A DNA stretch of 30,860 nucleotides from Porphyridium purpureum (taxonomy: Eukaryota), in contig VRMN01000022.1 of assembly GCA_008690995.1 (NCBI GenBank), positions 62,001 through 92,860 of the forward strand, read 5' to 3'. Shown here one piece after another: positions 10,045-21,099 of this stretch (position 1 is the stretch's first letter; each line of letters opens with the position of its first letter). The notes under the pieces are model-generated. The model saw only the letters and a program-made list of their open reading frames with translations, was not told the origin of the DNA and did not search any database. The translations under genes and the position numbers were made by a program.

Positions 10045-11916
10045 ATGACAAGGTTTCGGGGGCGACTTCGCTGTGGAAGAAAAAAAGTCTACATCCCGAG
10101 CGAAAAGCTTAACTGTCTCGAATGCGCAGCTTTAGCCTACTTTAAGCTTTCTCAAAAACCTCCACAACATAATCATTTTCAGAAGGCACCTCACCGTGTC
10201 GCATCTGCAAAAGCACGTTTTCGTGACCGGAATTTGCCGCTCGAAAGGATGCGTGCTCTTACTTTGCAGACCGAAGCTCATGGTGCCTCATTCTTACAGA
10301 GTGCATCCGAAGATACCAGTAGCGATGATTCACAGTCGGATGACGAATACTCTTCGGATCATGCAAGTGTCCGCGCGAATGAAAGAAATTCGTCACAAAC
10401 GAGTACACGTCAAAGACCAAAGGCCGAAACAAAGACGAACGACTCTCACATCAATCCGAGGAGGGCAGAGTCTGACAGAAAGGGCAGCGTATCTGACCAA
10501 CTTCGAGGTATCATCGACTCAGCAGCAGGTAAAGCTTGGAACCAAATTGCAATGGAGATAACGGATGAGGCGAGGTTCCGGCGACCAGCGACATACACTC
10601 CGATACGAGTATCTTTGTTTTTATCCGACTTGCCCAAATTCGCAGAACAATCATATTCGATGGGCTTGGGACTTCAAATGGTTGTTCTTGTACATCAGGG
10701 GCATTTACTCTCGGATCGTACACGTGAAAGCTTTACCGAACTTGCAACCAGATGTATCCGACTGTATGGCGTACTATACAAAGAAAAGCTGCGTCGACCA
10801 TGGCTTGAACTCATCCCAAGGCTCACATCCGACTTGCAATCCCGACTCGATTCATACAAGCGGCAGATCAATCTACGTTGGAATGCTCCGAAAATACATG
10901 CACTGTCTCACTTCGGGGACAGCTTGACGGATCTGGGACCGATAAAGTTTTGGGATACTGCGGATGGAGAGAAATCGTTTCAAATCGACAAGGCGTGGTT
11001 CAAATCACTGGTCAGCGCAGATACGAATATCCCACATAATGTTATGCTGCAGCGCGCAGAGGTGTTCGAAATCGGATCTTCTTCTTCGTACTGGTTTGAT
11101 AGACTTGCAAGGAACAAGGATTCGAATGCAATTGCATACAAACACGAACAAGTATCCGATAAAGCATACACACATACACGAGAAAGGGATGCCGCTCGAG
11201 CGTGGTACCGGCACCGCTCGTCTTCTGTGAACTGTTCATCGATCCTTTTCGGAATCTGGCAGAACGCGTGCACTACTCTGAGGTACAGCAGCGAATCCGG
11301 ATTCGAGGCTGCCCCTTCATGGCGACCAACATCGTGGAACTCTTCTATATCATTCGAAGCCGCTGATGACGAAGAAGCGAACATGCTTTGGTTGCACACG
11401 GATACGGCTTTGAAGACGTATGCATCCGAGAAACTCCAAACGGCTATGAATGATGGTACTGCAACCTTCCAAGCTTTCAGACAAGTTCAACTGAAAAAGC
11501 CTCGCGAAGAAGCCGAATGCATTGTTGCACATCCGAATCACTATCGTTCTCCGAGATGGGACATTCTCGAATACGCACTACAAACTGGCCACCCTGAACG
11601 CCACGGATATGGAAAATGCATCCTAATTGTCCGGATCAAATTACAGGGACCTTACGACGAATCCTTTGACGTGGTGGTGATACAAGATTTAGAGGCGCAC
11701 GATAGAGAAATCGAAAAGTCAGAGTGCAAATGCAAATGCAAGCGCCTAGATCCGGTGTTTCATCATTACCGACTCAGTAATAATTCGGCAAAAGTATTGG
11801 ACACAGAAACGATAACCGGGCGAGTGACAGCATTCAAGGATATCCGCATGAAGGACAGCCGATGGTACTACCTTTTAAACCCAAGCACATTCGCAGGCGT
11901 ACTAGAATACAATTAA
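10045..11916 (+). CDS. Plavaka/CACTA-like transposase, C-terminal portion (623-aa open frame; 5' part probably frameshifted)
   Basis: WNAPKIHALSHFGDSLTDLGPIKFWDTADGEKSF fits the PKxHxxxHxxxxIxxxGxxxxxxTxxxExxH motif. The downstream IVAHPNH..PRWD...YGK..L...V.IQ...YYLLN block resembles the Plavaka C-terminal module. Confidence 0.7.
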   Translation: MTRFRGRLRCGRKKVYIPSEKLNCLECAALAYFKLSQKPPQHNHFQKAPHRVASAKARFRDRNLPLERMRALTLQTEAHGASFLQSASEDTSSDDSQSDDEYSSDHASVRANERNSSQTSTRQRPKAETKTNDSHINPRRAESDRKGSVSDQLRGIIDSAAGKAWNQIAMEITDEARFRRPATYTPIRVSLFLSDLPKFAEQSYSMGLGLQMVVLVHQGHLLSDRTRESFTELATRCIRLYGVLYKEKLRRPWLELIPRLTSDLQSRLDSYKRQINLRWNAPKIHALSHFGDSLTDLGPIKFWDTADGEKSFQIDKAWFKSLVSADTNIPHNVMLQRAEVFEIGSSSSYWFDRLARNKDSNAIAYKHEQVSDKAYTHTRERDAARAWYRHRSSSVNCSSILFGIWQNACTTLRYSSESGFEAAPSWRPTSWNSSISFEAADDEEANMLWLHTDTALKTYASEKLQTAMNDGTATFQAFRQVQLKKPREEAECIVAHPNHYRSPRWDILEYALQTGHPERHGYGKCILIVRIKLQGPYDESFDVVVIQDLEAHDREIEKSECKCKCKRLDPVFHHYRLSNNSAKVLDTETITGRVTAFKDIRMKDSRWYYLLNPSTFAGVLEYN

Positions 11917-12008
11917 AAGACAAAATCCGATGAAGTCTGATCTTCTCATGATTGAAATTTTTCGCTACCAACCATCTCGCAAACTTTAAAGTTGCAGACA
12001 GTATCGCG

Positions 12009-12104
12009 CAGTTTTTCGGGCAGTTTTTGGGGCAGTTTTTCGGGCAGTTTTTCGGGCAGTTTTTCGGGCAGTTTTTCGGGCAGTTTTTCGGGCAGTTTTT
12101 GGGG
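12009..12104. repeat. Tandem array, 8 x 12 bp CAGTTTTT(C/G)GGG
   Basis: Counted directly; copies 2 and 8 read CAGTTTTTGGGG. Confidence 0.97.
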
Positions 12105-12173
12105 CACTTGATTTTGCAGTCTTTCTTTATTGCCTAGTAAACCGCTGTACGCACGAAAAGTCTACTGTACCTA

Positions 12174-12293
12174 CAGTTTTTCGATCAGTTTTTCGATCAG
12201 TTTTTCGATCAGTTTTTCGATCAGTTTTTCGATCAGTTTTTCGATAAGTTTTTCGATAAGTTTTTCGATTAGTTTTTCGATCAGTTTTTCGAC
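12174..12293. repeat. Tandem array, 10 x 12 bp (C/A/T)AGTTTTTCGAT
   Basis: Counted directly. Shares the AGTTTTTCG core with the preceding array. Further copies lie near 12306 and at 12371-12406 (three copies). Confidence 0.97.
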
Positions 12294-12479
12294 ACTTCAG
12301 TATGACAGTTTTTCGAACGCTGCGAGAGAGGTACAGCAAATAGCTGTACTTTACATGCTTACATCAATTTCAGTTTTTCGTTTAGTTTTTCGGTCAGTTT
12401 TTCGCTCCATTTGTGTCACGGACTGGTGTTCATGACGCTCGGTATGATATCGCGCCGTCTGATGAGCCAAAGAGTCGAT

Positions 12480-15400
12480 GCGATGTACATCTCTGAGTAC
12501 AGTGGTTTGGGAGAATGAGCAATCTGACATTCGCCCCGCCTCTTTCTGTTACTTGCTTATTTCGAGTGCACGCTTCAATGTCAAATCGTCTTGCCAAACC
12601 ACTTGTTCACCTCCTACGAAAATTGTGGAAGATGCAACTCAAGTAGATACAGATTCACACGCACGTCGGCAGTGTCCGCCATTTTGCCGTGACGTGGTAT
12701 GCCAGCAGATCCCTGTCTCTCTGACTCCATACAATGGCTTGAGTATCCAGGCGTGCTGGGGAAATGCACTTCTCGTGATTTTGGAAAGATGCTCTCGTAC
12801 CTCAGACTTTAAATCGGATGAAGACTTCGCGTGAGAAGTCTTTCTCGCTTCGCAAAAGTGGTTGAGCAAAATAGCGGTATGCGACTCTGTATCCTCGGAT
12901 CACATATATGGCATAGAGCATGCAAATCATGAACTGTGATAGGGTCGGCGCATTTATGGTTAAGGATTCTACGCCAGGATTTCGTGTTCTGATCGTAGCG
13001 CATCGAATTAGGATTTGAACTTGCTGTCCGCCATGTTCGTATGTTCTATTCGCGAGCCTGGTAAAGTAGCATTCAACAGTTCTTCATGCACTGCTTGAAG
13101 AGTTCCTGGCCCAATTCAACCGCGAAGAATTTTTTCACTTGCTTCTTTCCACAAATTCTCATCGACGCAGTCCGTTCTATTGGTTTAGAAAATGAGATTT
13201 TCACGTATGTCTGTGGTTCGCAGATTTGGTTTCACAATGTTGAAACTGAGCAATACATTCCTTGTTGGACCTTTCGTATTAGGTTCGAGTACGCAAAGCC
13301 GGGTTCCATCAACATTGGAGCACACGAATGGACCATTGTACTCATGCAATTTATCGCGACGCACGAAAACTGGAATACTGGCTTCAATTCTTCCACCCTC
13401 TGGAGCAAATTCGGGGACTGGCGTGTCAAAGCCGCTTTCACACGATATCGCGCACTTGGATGTTCACGTGCACCCCGCGCAAGGACAGCTACGGAGCGGC
13501 GGGCATCGCTCCTTTCACGAAAAGTTTCCTTGGCCAATCCCAGTCGCATGACCAATGGCGGGATTGGCTCAAAGATAATAAAGCCGGAAATCAGGCCTTC
13601 TGGGCCCGCAGTCACATCAACGGTGCGTAAATAGATGGCGAGAGCGTCCTCCGCTCGTAAACTTGGGTGTGGCTCGTGGCGAACTCGGAGAAAAAAAATT
13701 CCGCAGGGGTTCGTGGTGTCGTTTTACTGTTCCTTGGGATCAGTGCAGGTTTAGAGGAGCTTAATCCACCACACAACATCATCCGAGCATGAGCGCAATG
13801 AAATCGGCTGACGCAAAATGTCTCTCTTGGTCGACCTTAAGTTGATGGCTACCAAATACAGAAATCCACCCCCGGACGAATAAACGAAATAGGTCTTGAG
13901 AAGTTTCGCCGAACACATATCATGCCCAATTGGACTTTGTGCCGCTGCAGGCTTCATGCATTACCTGGGTGGGTGGACTTGATGGATACAGTTTTAATTA
14001 ATTGATGTCGAGCGTTTCATGATAGTTGAACGAAACCTGAATCTCCGCGGCGACCTTGAAGCTACTTCGCCGGCTCGACTACAACTGGAAAATGTCGCAT
14101 ATGCGCAGCACGTCGAACAATTTGTTTGCTGTTCCTTTCAGAAAAGGTCTTTTGAGAGGCGCAGTATCCTTTTCATCTGCGCAGCGCTGGCGTGCCCGAA
14201 TCTTTTGTGAATCTTTTCGAGCTCCGAATCTGTGAATAATATTGCGCGTTCAAATGTATCTACAAGGAACATTTCATTCAAAAACGAAGTTGCAGGAGTT
14301 GACTTACGTTTTCACGGCGCCACTTCTAAGCGGATGTGGACGTTTGGTTCTTCTAATCGTGATGGCGCTTTTTCACGTACCACATTTAGGCGGTAGCGCT
14401 TTAGTTCATCGTTGCTGATGGCACTGGACAGATCTGAGATTTAGATTTTAATGAATGGAGAGAAAGAAAATGGCCTGCACCGATACTGACAAGCACGGCC
14501 CCGAGTGTGACCGCCTCCATGCGCTTTCCCAGACAACTGTCGAGATGTTTTACATTACGGGTCCAAGTTTCTCAGGTAAGCCTACAGCTTCGCAGTATCC
14601 AAAAAATACGCCAACACCTATAACCGAATTCGGTGCGCCTGTATCAATGAAAACCCCTCTCTATCAGCGCAGTGGCGCTTTGCTGCTGGAAATCCTACAT
14701 ATGGTCAGTTGCACCATATGAAGTCATGCTTGCTCATCTGCATTGTCCGGGTCATAGTCCACTGAATTTTCTCGCGAGGAAGTCAGACCTTCCTTCTCCA
14801 CATCGACAGCCTGATCGGGTTCGCCCTCATAGTCATGGTCAACCCACACGACTCTTGACTGCGGTCGTCCATGCTTCCTCCAGCACTTGTGTTCGTCGTG
14901 CCCTTTTAAACCACAACACCGGCATACTTGTTGGTTTTTTGTGGCAGGCCTCCTGCGTGTCCTCTCGGCCCTCTAAAATCCAGTGAGAATATCGTCGTCA
15001 CTCCCGAAGAAGCTGCCCTTGTTGCCATTCATTCCTTTGAGGTTATCAGAGAACGTGAACACTTTCTCTTCGGGGTAGCGAGACTGAATTGGCATGAAGA
15101 GTGGCAAGAACATGAACGCCAGGATGGCGTGGGAGACATAGCAAGCGAGGTCGTCTGGCGTAGCATTAGATGCGCCAAGTTCACGTGCCTCGACTTCCAC
15201 AGCGGCGGTTCTCACCCTGACCAAAACCTCCTGTCTTGATGGCGACGACATCATGAACTGGTCAAGATTGAGCCGACTCGATGCTAAGATATGCTGCTCA
15301 CTCTTGCCGATGGAGTCGACAGAAGACTTGAGGATAGCGAGCATCGAGTCTAAGCGCTACTGTTGTTCACTCGAAACGAGTGCTTTGGCGCTTCAGCCGA

Positions 15401-16090
15401 GAATCAGCAGGAAGCGCGCTTCTTCAGGGAGAATCATTGATGTGCGATATCGCTGACGCTTACTTGACCTTCTTCAACCAAGGGACGAGTGGCATACTAT
15501 TCGGCTCGCCCGTGGAAACATAAGACTCAAAGCATTTTGTAAGCGCTGCTTGTTTTGGACTCGGAATAGCGTTTCCTTTTCTGAAAAGGCGCGGCTCACC
15601 AGGTATGCCAAGTTCTGCGGAGTCAGTATGCTCTTCTCCTACTGCAGCTCGAGAGAATGCTCAAAATGGGTCCTGGACATTGTGCCGAAGCTCAAAATTT
15701 GGCACGCCCGGGAGGCAACAATAGCACTGCCGTGCGAGGAGACTTGGTGGGTCACCTTTTTTCTCAATAGATTGAACGATATAAGGCTTTCAACCATTTT
15801 CATTTCAATGTCATCGCTCGTCATCTCATCGGCAGTCCGCAGCATCTCCTTAACAGTTTCATTCTTCACCTGGACATCGAGTCACAGGATGCGCTCTGCT
15901 GCATGCTCTTGCTGCGACGCTGGAGCCTGAGCTACTGGTGCCGAGGTTGCCTACTGCCTTTCCGGTACCATCTAATATTCGTCCGCCTGAGACGATTGAG
16001 CGTCTCATGTGCTCTCGGAAACAGGCAATGTCGGGGCCGTTTCCCATTCACTGGATATCCTGACCGATCAGCAAATTACGTATCGCTCGA
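12480..16090 (-). mobile_element. Degenerate Ty1/Copia retrotransposon (GalEa-like): gag-protease-integrase-RT, truncated within RT
   Basis: Minus-strand motifs in Copia order, with stops and frameshifts: CCHC knuckle CRCCGLKGHDEHKC (~14883-14924); protease GVFIDTGAPNSVIG (~14615-14657); integrase IHKRFGHASA (~14183-14212); integrase end LRTVDVTAGPEGL (~13595-13633); RT WILKPLYGVRETGICW (~12700-12750). Boundaries approximate. Confidence 0.85.
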
Positions 16091-17899
16091 ATAAGGTCCG
16101 GCTTTGTTTGAGCAAAGACAAGTAAAGGAAAATAGAAATCAGGAGGTCGAGCAGAAGTCAATTTTGAAACGTCACAGAACCGGTTTTAAGAACTTTTGCA
16201 CCTCGGAAAGACCTTCAATGCGCAAGGAGTAGCTATTATACGCCAAGCAGGGGAACCGCCATCGTGAACGTGCGGTTGACCTACAAGTGGTGGTCTTTAA
16301 AACTCCTCACTGCTGAGGACATCAAACTTTTAGACTAAATATTTTCCGCTTCACAAATCCCTGACCTCCATGTTCCCGCCGCTCGCTCCCGGAATGCAAA
16401 ATCCGCCCTGCAAACTGCGCAAGAGGTGACCCGACCCTCATTTTTAACGGGGCCTTCCGGCACTACACGGATTCCCCAGGAGGGCAGACAGGAGTTTTCA
16501 AACGCGCTGCCGACGGTGCGGTAACTATGTTGTAAAAGGAAGGGCCGGCGGGTCAGTGGGATTGGTGAATAACTTCAGACTTCATAGCTGCAAAACTGCG
16601 GGGCAGGGACAAGATTTGTTGCGGGTCACAAAGGCCTGCGACGTGGCCGGATCTTCGACCTGCAATATGCATTTACATGTTTCTTTCCAATGCATGAATT
16701 GCTGTGAAGGGTAGATGAAACTTTGTGCACCGCTGCACACCTTTGTCGTTGAAACGCCCGCAATAAATGAAAGATTCGATGCTCTGAAGAATCTATTTTA
16801 TGACATCTTCTCCTGTACCTCTTTTCTGTACGAGTTGGTCTGCTCTTTGTTAATGACCCGCTTTAGCTGGCCTGCTTCAGCGTCGAATGGCGAAAATCAG
16901 GCTTGCGCTCAAGTCGGGGGTTTCGGACGCAGGCGACATCTGAAACCGGCTCGTATGCGAACTGTGCATACTTCTTTCGCTTTGCACTGGGCGCTCTGCC
17001 ACCTGAGAGCATTTTACGCTCCTTCTTTGCTGCGTCATATTTGAAGTCGGGAGCCAAGCGAAGTGTTCGACCGCGATTGAACAATATGTAATTTGAATAA
17101 ACGCGTACACAATCAGAAAGCCAATCAGCCTTCGTCATTTTCTTTCACCTTAGCCACGGAAAGAATGACTTGTTGGCTACTAGCTTGCAGATACAAGAAA
17201 TACTGGGTTAGCTCACAAACATAACTCGCATCGCCGGAGGCTGCTCGAGCTTGGTGAAATGCCTGCCTCATACTAGGCAAACGCTCGCTCCATTTCCAAA
17301 ATTAGAAGCTTCTAGAGCTATACGCAGTAGTCGCACAGTGTTCGCTGCGCAGAACCCTTCCGCCGAATTCTGATGGCACTTCTTATGAAAGGGCCTCGTT
17401 CTTCAACATGTGCATCCTTCAGCTAATTCAACCTTGCACGGTCGGCAAAACCCGAGACGGAGCGACAGGTCGACCATATTTATTCCACGAATTAAAGGAA
17501 AATTGGTCAAACGGCAGACACGACCACGGACAGTAGGAAAACTGCAACTGGTAGAAATGGCGAAAACGCAACAAACTGGACCAAATTATGGATATGCTTT
17601 AGCAGGCAAAGCTAAAGTACCTCGATTCCTATCAAGATATACTGCTTTATTATCGACAAGTTCCAAAACGTCGCCAAACATTATTGCAAAAGATTTACAG
17701 CGGCGAAGCTCAGTTCATCCAAGACGAGAAGTGTGTTCTTCCGAACACTGCCTCGACGATGGCGAGGGCTTGCGGCTCTCATTGCTGGAATCATGCCATT
17801 GCTGAATCAGGCGCGCGAAGAAATGGCGTGTTCAGGATTAGACTGGCTGTGATGGCAATGCTTTCCAAATTTTCTAACGCGCCTTGTTGACCCGTATTA

Positions 17900-20050
17900 T
17901 CTTGCAATCTCGGATAACCCCAAAAGCGATGACTGTGGCCGACGCTCTGGCATCTTGAGCACACAGATAGCCGGCGTTGAGCAGCGTCGGCAGTATTCAA
18001 AGCAGCAAACGTAGAAGTCTGCATTGAGCTAGGCGTCATGGAGCACGACCCGGCCACTTCGCACAACCTCTGACAAGTCGATCGTGTACGACCAAGGAGG
18101 CAACAGTTCTGGCACCTTTGAGGCCGACGTGTGTCTAGATGCAGTTGTGCGTGCTGTCATACTATTCGCGCAATTGCGTGCGGGCGTCCCTGTTGCCGAC
18201 GAATGGCGTATCCAGTCACTGGCGTGCAACAGCTCGAACCTCCATAAACGAACGGAGAGATTTCAAAGTTTTCGAGCCCAGTCACATCCGTTGTTCGAAT
18301 TTTGATTGAAAAGAATTATGCGTGCCTTACGCCGCTTTCTGAATAAGTCTCTCAATAGGCCGAAGCAGCTAAAAACGTTAACATCAGGTGGGACACATCC
18401 GGTCGAGCATGCTGAGTACAAAACCATATGTGATTGCATGGTTCGCCGTGAATTTCTGCATACCCACACGTGCAATCATACGCCGACATGGCCAAGGCGA
18501 CCTGCACCACATGCTGACCGCCTGTAGCAGTAGACAGTGTCACGTGGACCAAGGCTTTAAGTCCATGACTTAACAACTCGCGCACGACAATAAAAGGAAT
18601 CTTCTCTGCATTAGCGCGTTTGCGCTCACGACTCGGTGTGAGCTGAGCTACTCTTTTCGCCTTTTCTGCCCCAATTGCGAACCGCGCTGCTGCATGAGTA
18701 ACCACTTCACGCAGGGCAAACAATGCACACACACCGCGGACGCCCTCGACATGATGGCTCGCGGATTCGAAGGCGTGTGATGAAGTACTCCCCATTGTCG
18801 CATGATGTAGCGATAGCGGATGCCACTGTTCTTGTGGAGGTAGCCACGCGGCTGCCTCTGGATGCTGCGCCGCAAAGAAGTGCCAGGCTCGGCTCCAGCC
18901 CTCTTCCGTCAACACTCCAAGACATTTCTTGAAAACATCACACGCTTCTTTGCCCCATATTTTGGCTGTATTCTGCGCAATTTGGAAGATGCAGCTATTC
19001 CACTTATAGCCCTGAATTTTGCTTCCCAGGAGACTTTAGATCTCATCCGATTCCAACGCCTTTCTAGCATGGCTGGTCGCAATGAAATGATCAAACAATA
19101 CGGAGTAAGGAATGCCGGTACCGCTTGAGTCCAGTCGTCGAGAGCGAAGCATCACGTCGGAATATCTTCATTCCCCGTAGTATGCGCTAAAACCAACTGG
19201 ATGAGAGCGACATCCGCCTCCAATGTCACAAGAAACAAGAGCAGTTTCCGGCATCTTGCACTGTCGATCGAGCAAATGTAGCGTCAACGCAGCACCACGG
19301 CCGGAGTTTGCTCAACTCCGCGAATGTTTTAGCATACCCAGGAACAAACGAAGACCCACTGTACAACTCTTGCTGTGGAGTGTCACGGTCAAACGGATTT
19401 CTTCTTGACTTCGTGCGTAGTCGTACCTGTGAACAACAGAACCCGGCTGCCGCCTCTGCTCGGCAAATACACTGCACCATTGTGTTGATCTTCGTCAAAC
19501 ATTTGCACGTTTTCGAGTCATCTTCCAGAAAGTCTACGTGCTCCAAGACGCGTTGAATAGTCCGCACCGGAAGCAATTCTGAACGTGCGTTAATTTGAAA
19601 TCGTAATCTTGTCAAATTGTGTAAAATATTGCTCGCAAATGAACGACCGGCGACATTTGCTGACACTAGAGGTCCGCTATCACTGGCTACTAGGCGTAAA
19701 CATTTTGATGCTCCAGTTGATCGGAAAAGACTTGCCGGCATGCGGAAACGCCCGTGTGTAGAATCTTCTGCCTACCTTATCGTCTTCAGGATTCTTGAAA
19801 CGGTGCAAATATGCAGGAAAGTACTTGAAGAATGCAGCACGCTCATAGAAGAGTCTGCAGAATCTCGCCAGCCCGCCGCGAATGTGCATGATTGGCAAAG
19901 ATAAATAGCATTACCCTTGGCGACCGAAAATTTGCAATATGTTCCACGCGCTTTCGGTACACTACCCTGGCGATAAGCAAAAACTCGTCCAGAAAAAGTT
20001 CGAGCTCGCGAAGGTTTTTGAACGATGGCCATTAAAAGAATAAAGCGCCG
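17900..20050 (-). pseudogene. Degenerate Mutator/MULE transposase with SWIM zinc finger
   Basis: Minus-strand fragments in MULE order: WCCVDATF (first catalytic Asp, ~19280), CIFQIAQN (decayed CxxHxxxN), MGSTSSHAFES (GxxTSNxxES), SWIM CTCGYAEIHGEPCNH (~18430-18475), and C-terminal CSRCQSVGH (~17935-17965). Many stops. Confidence 0.8.
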
Positions 20051-21099
20051 CCTCTGCGTATTCCCCAATCCCCCCACAACCTCTACGAATTCGAGCGCTC
20101 TCCTGGCAAGACAGCATTAGCGCGTAAGATAACCAATACTGGGCAACAAGAAGCTAGGGAATGAAATGCAAAGCTGCATGTTCCAAATTGTATCCCATTT
20201 TTTATCAATTTTGGTGCGCTTTTGGTTCTTTGTGAAAAGTGAGTATGGACACGCAGCTATATTTTCGGGCGTCCCGGTACGTCCACACACGTTCGTTGCG
20301 TCCAGCGCAACCAGCCGCGCATTCTCCTTTGGTGGTCACCTGAAACAACCCAAAGCATTCTGTACTTGGTGCACTTCATCTATCTCTCCTTTGTGGCTAT
20401 CAGTATAGTTCTACAGAAGCCTGCATTGATGCGTTGTGCTGAATTGTCAGCAGTTTGCCACTTTCGTTTCGAGACGCTTGCAACTAGTTGTTCGCCGGTT
20501 CAAAATATTGAATAGCGACATTCGATCCCTGGAAATACTCTGACTTTTGCCTGCAATTGTTTTCAATATTTTGCTTCCCGTACCGGGTACAAGGAGTGTG
20601 GGCCGGCCATGATAAGATACCAGTGAATAAAAGTTTGGCTCTTTGATTGTGCTTTACGTATGTCTGGAGACCCGTTTTGTTAAGGTTTTTGACTTATTTT
20701 CTGTTCTTATGCTTACCTTCCCTTTCGGCGTGCAGCATACGCACGCGGAAGTGCGACCTATTTATCCAGGTCGCGAACCGAGGCAGCTGAAATCGCAGAA
20801 TATCGATAGGGGGTATGGAGGTGTTTTGCAAGGCTAAACAAGTGAAAAAAGAGCCCAACAAAGCTGACACGTAACCCACATTGGCTTCTACAAAGCTGGC
20901 GCACATGTCACTGCTCCTAGATTTGCTCCTGCCATGCAAATATCCTAGCCACACCAAAAGTGCACATTCGCTGCACATTATTACTCTACTAGCGTCTGAG
21001 AGCACTCATATTGGTATCATTCTTTCTCTGCGCACAAAAGTGCATCCTCTGTGTGTCGATGATCTATGAACATCGCGAGTGCTAAATATCGTGTTTGAT

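Larger units (their letters stand above)
8450..12428 (+). mobile_element. Plavaka/CACTA(EnSpm)-like DNA transposon with a decayed 5' part and candidate subterminal repeats at the right end
   Basis: Contains the transposase ORF 10045-11916, broken upstream fragments, and the 12-bp arrays at 12009-12406. The candidate right end reads CACCAGTCC on the minus strand. Left boundary not identified. Confidence 0.55.

Noticed and set aside
12009..12406. CRISPR array or telomere
   Set aside because: Units are 12 bp and contiguous with no unique spacers, there are no cas genes, and the arrays are internal and unlike canonical short telomeric repeats.
11952..12435. ORFs with GQFF, SISF and RKTD peptide repeats
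   Set aside because: Translations of the 12-bp arrays; no evidence of coding.
13086..13634. 182-aa plus-strand ORF
   Set aside because: Antisense to the Copia integrase/RT relic; no recognisable motif.
15955..15975. TGGTACCGGA on the minus strand as a retrotransposon primer-binding site
   Set aside because: Only the TGGTA start fits, and no adjacent LTR could be defined.
16560..16700. Possible second SWIM remnant (RTCKC...GHVAGLC) on the minus strand
   Set aside because: Needs a frameshift and lacks a conserved Cys; too weak to call.
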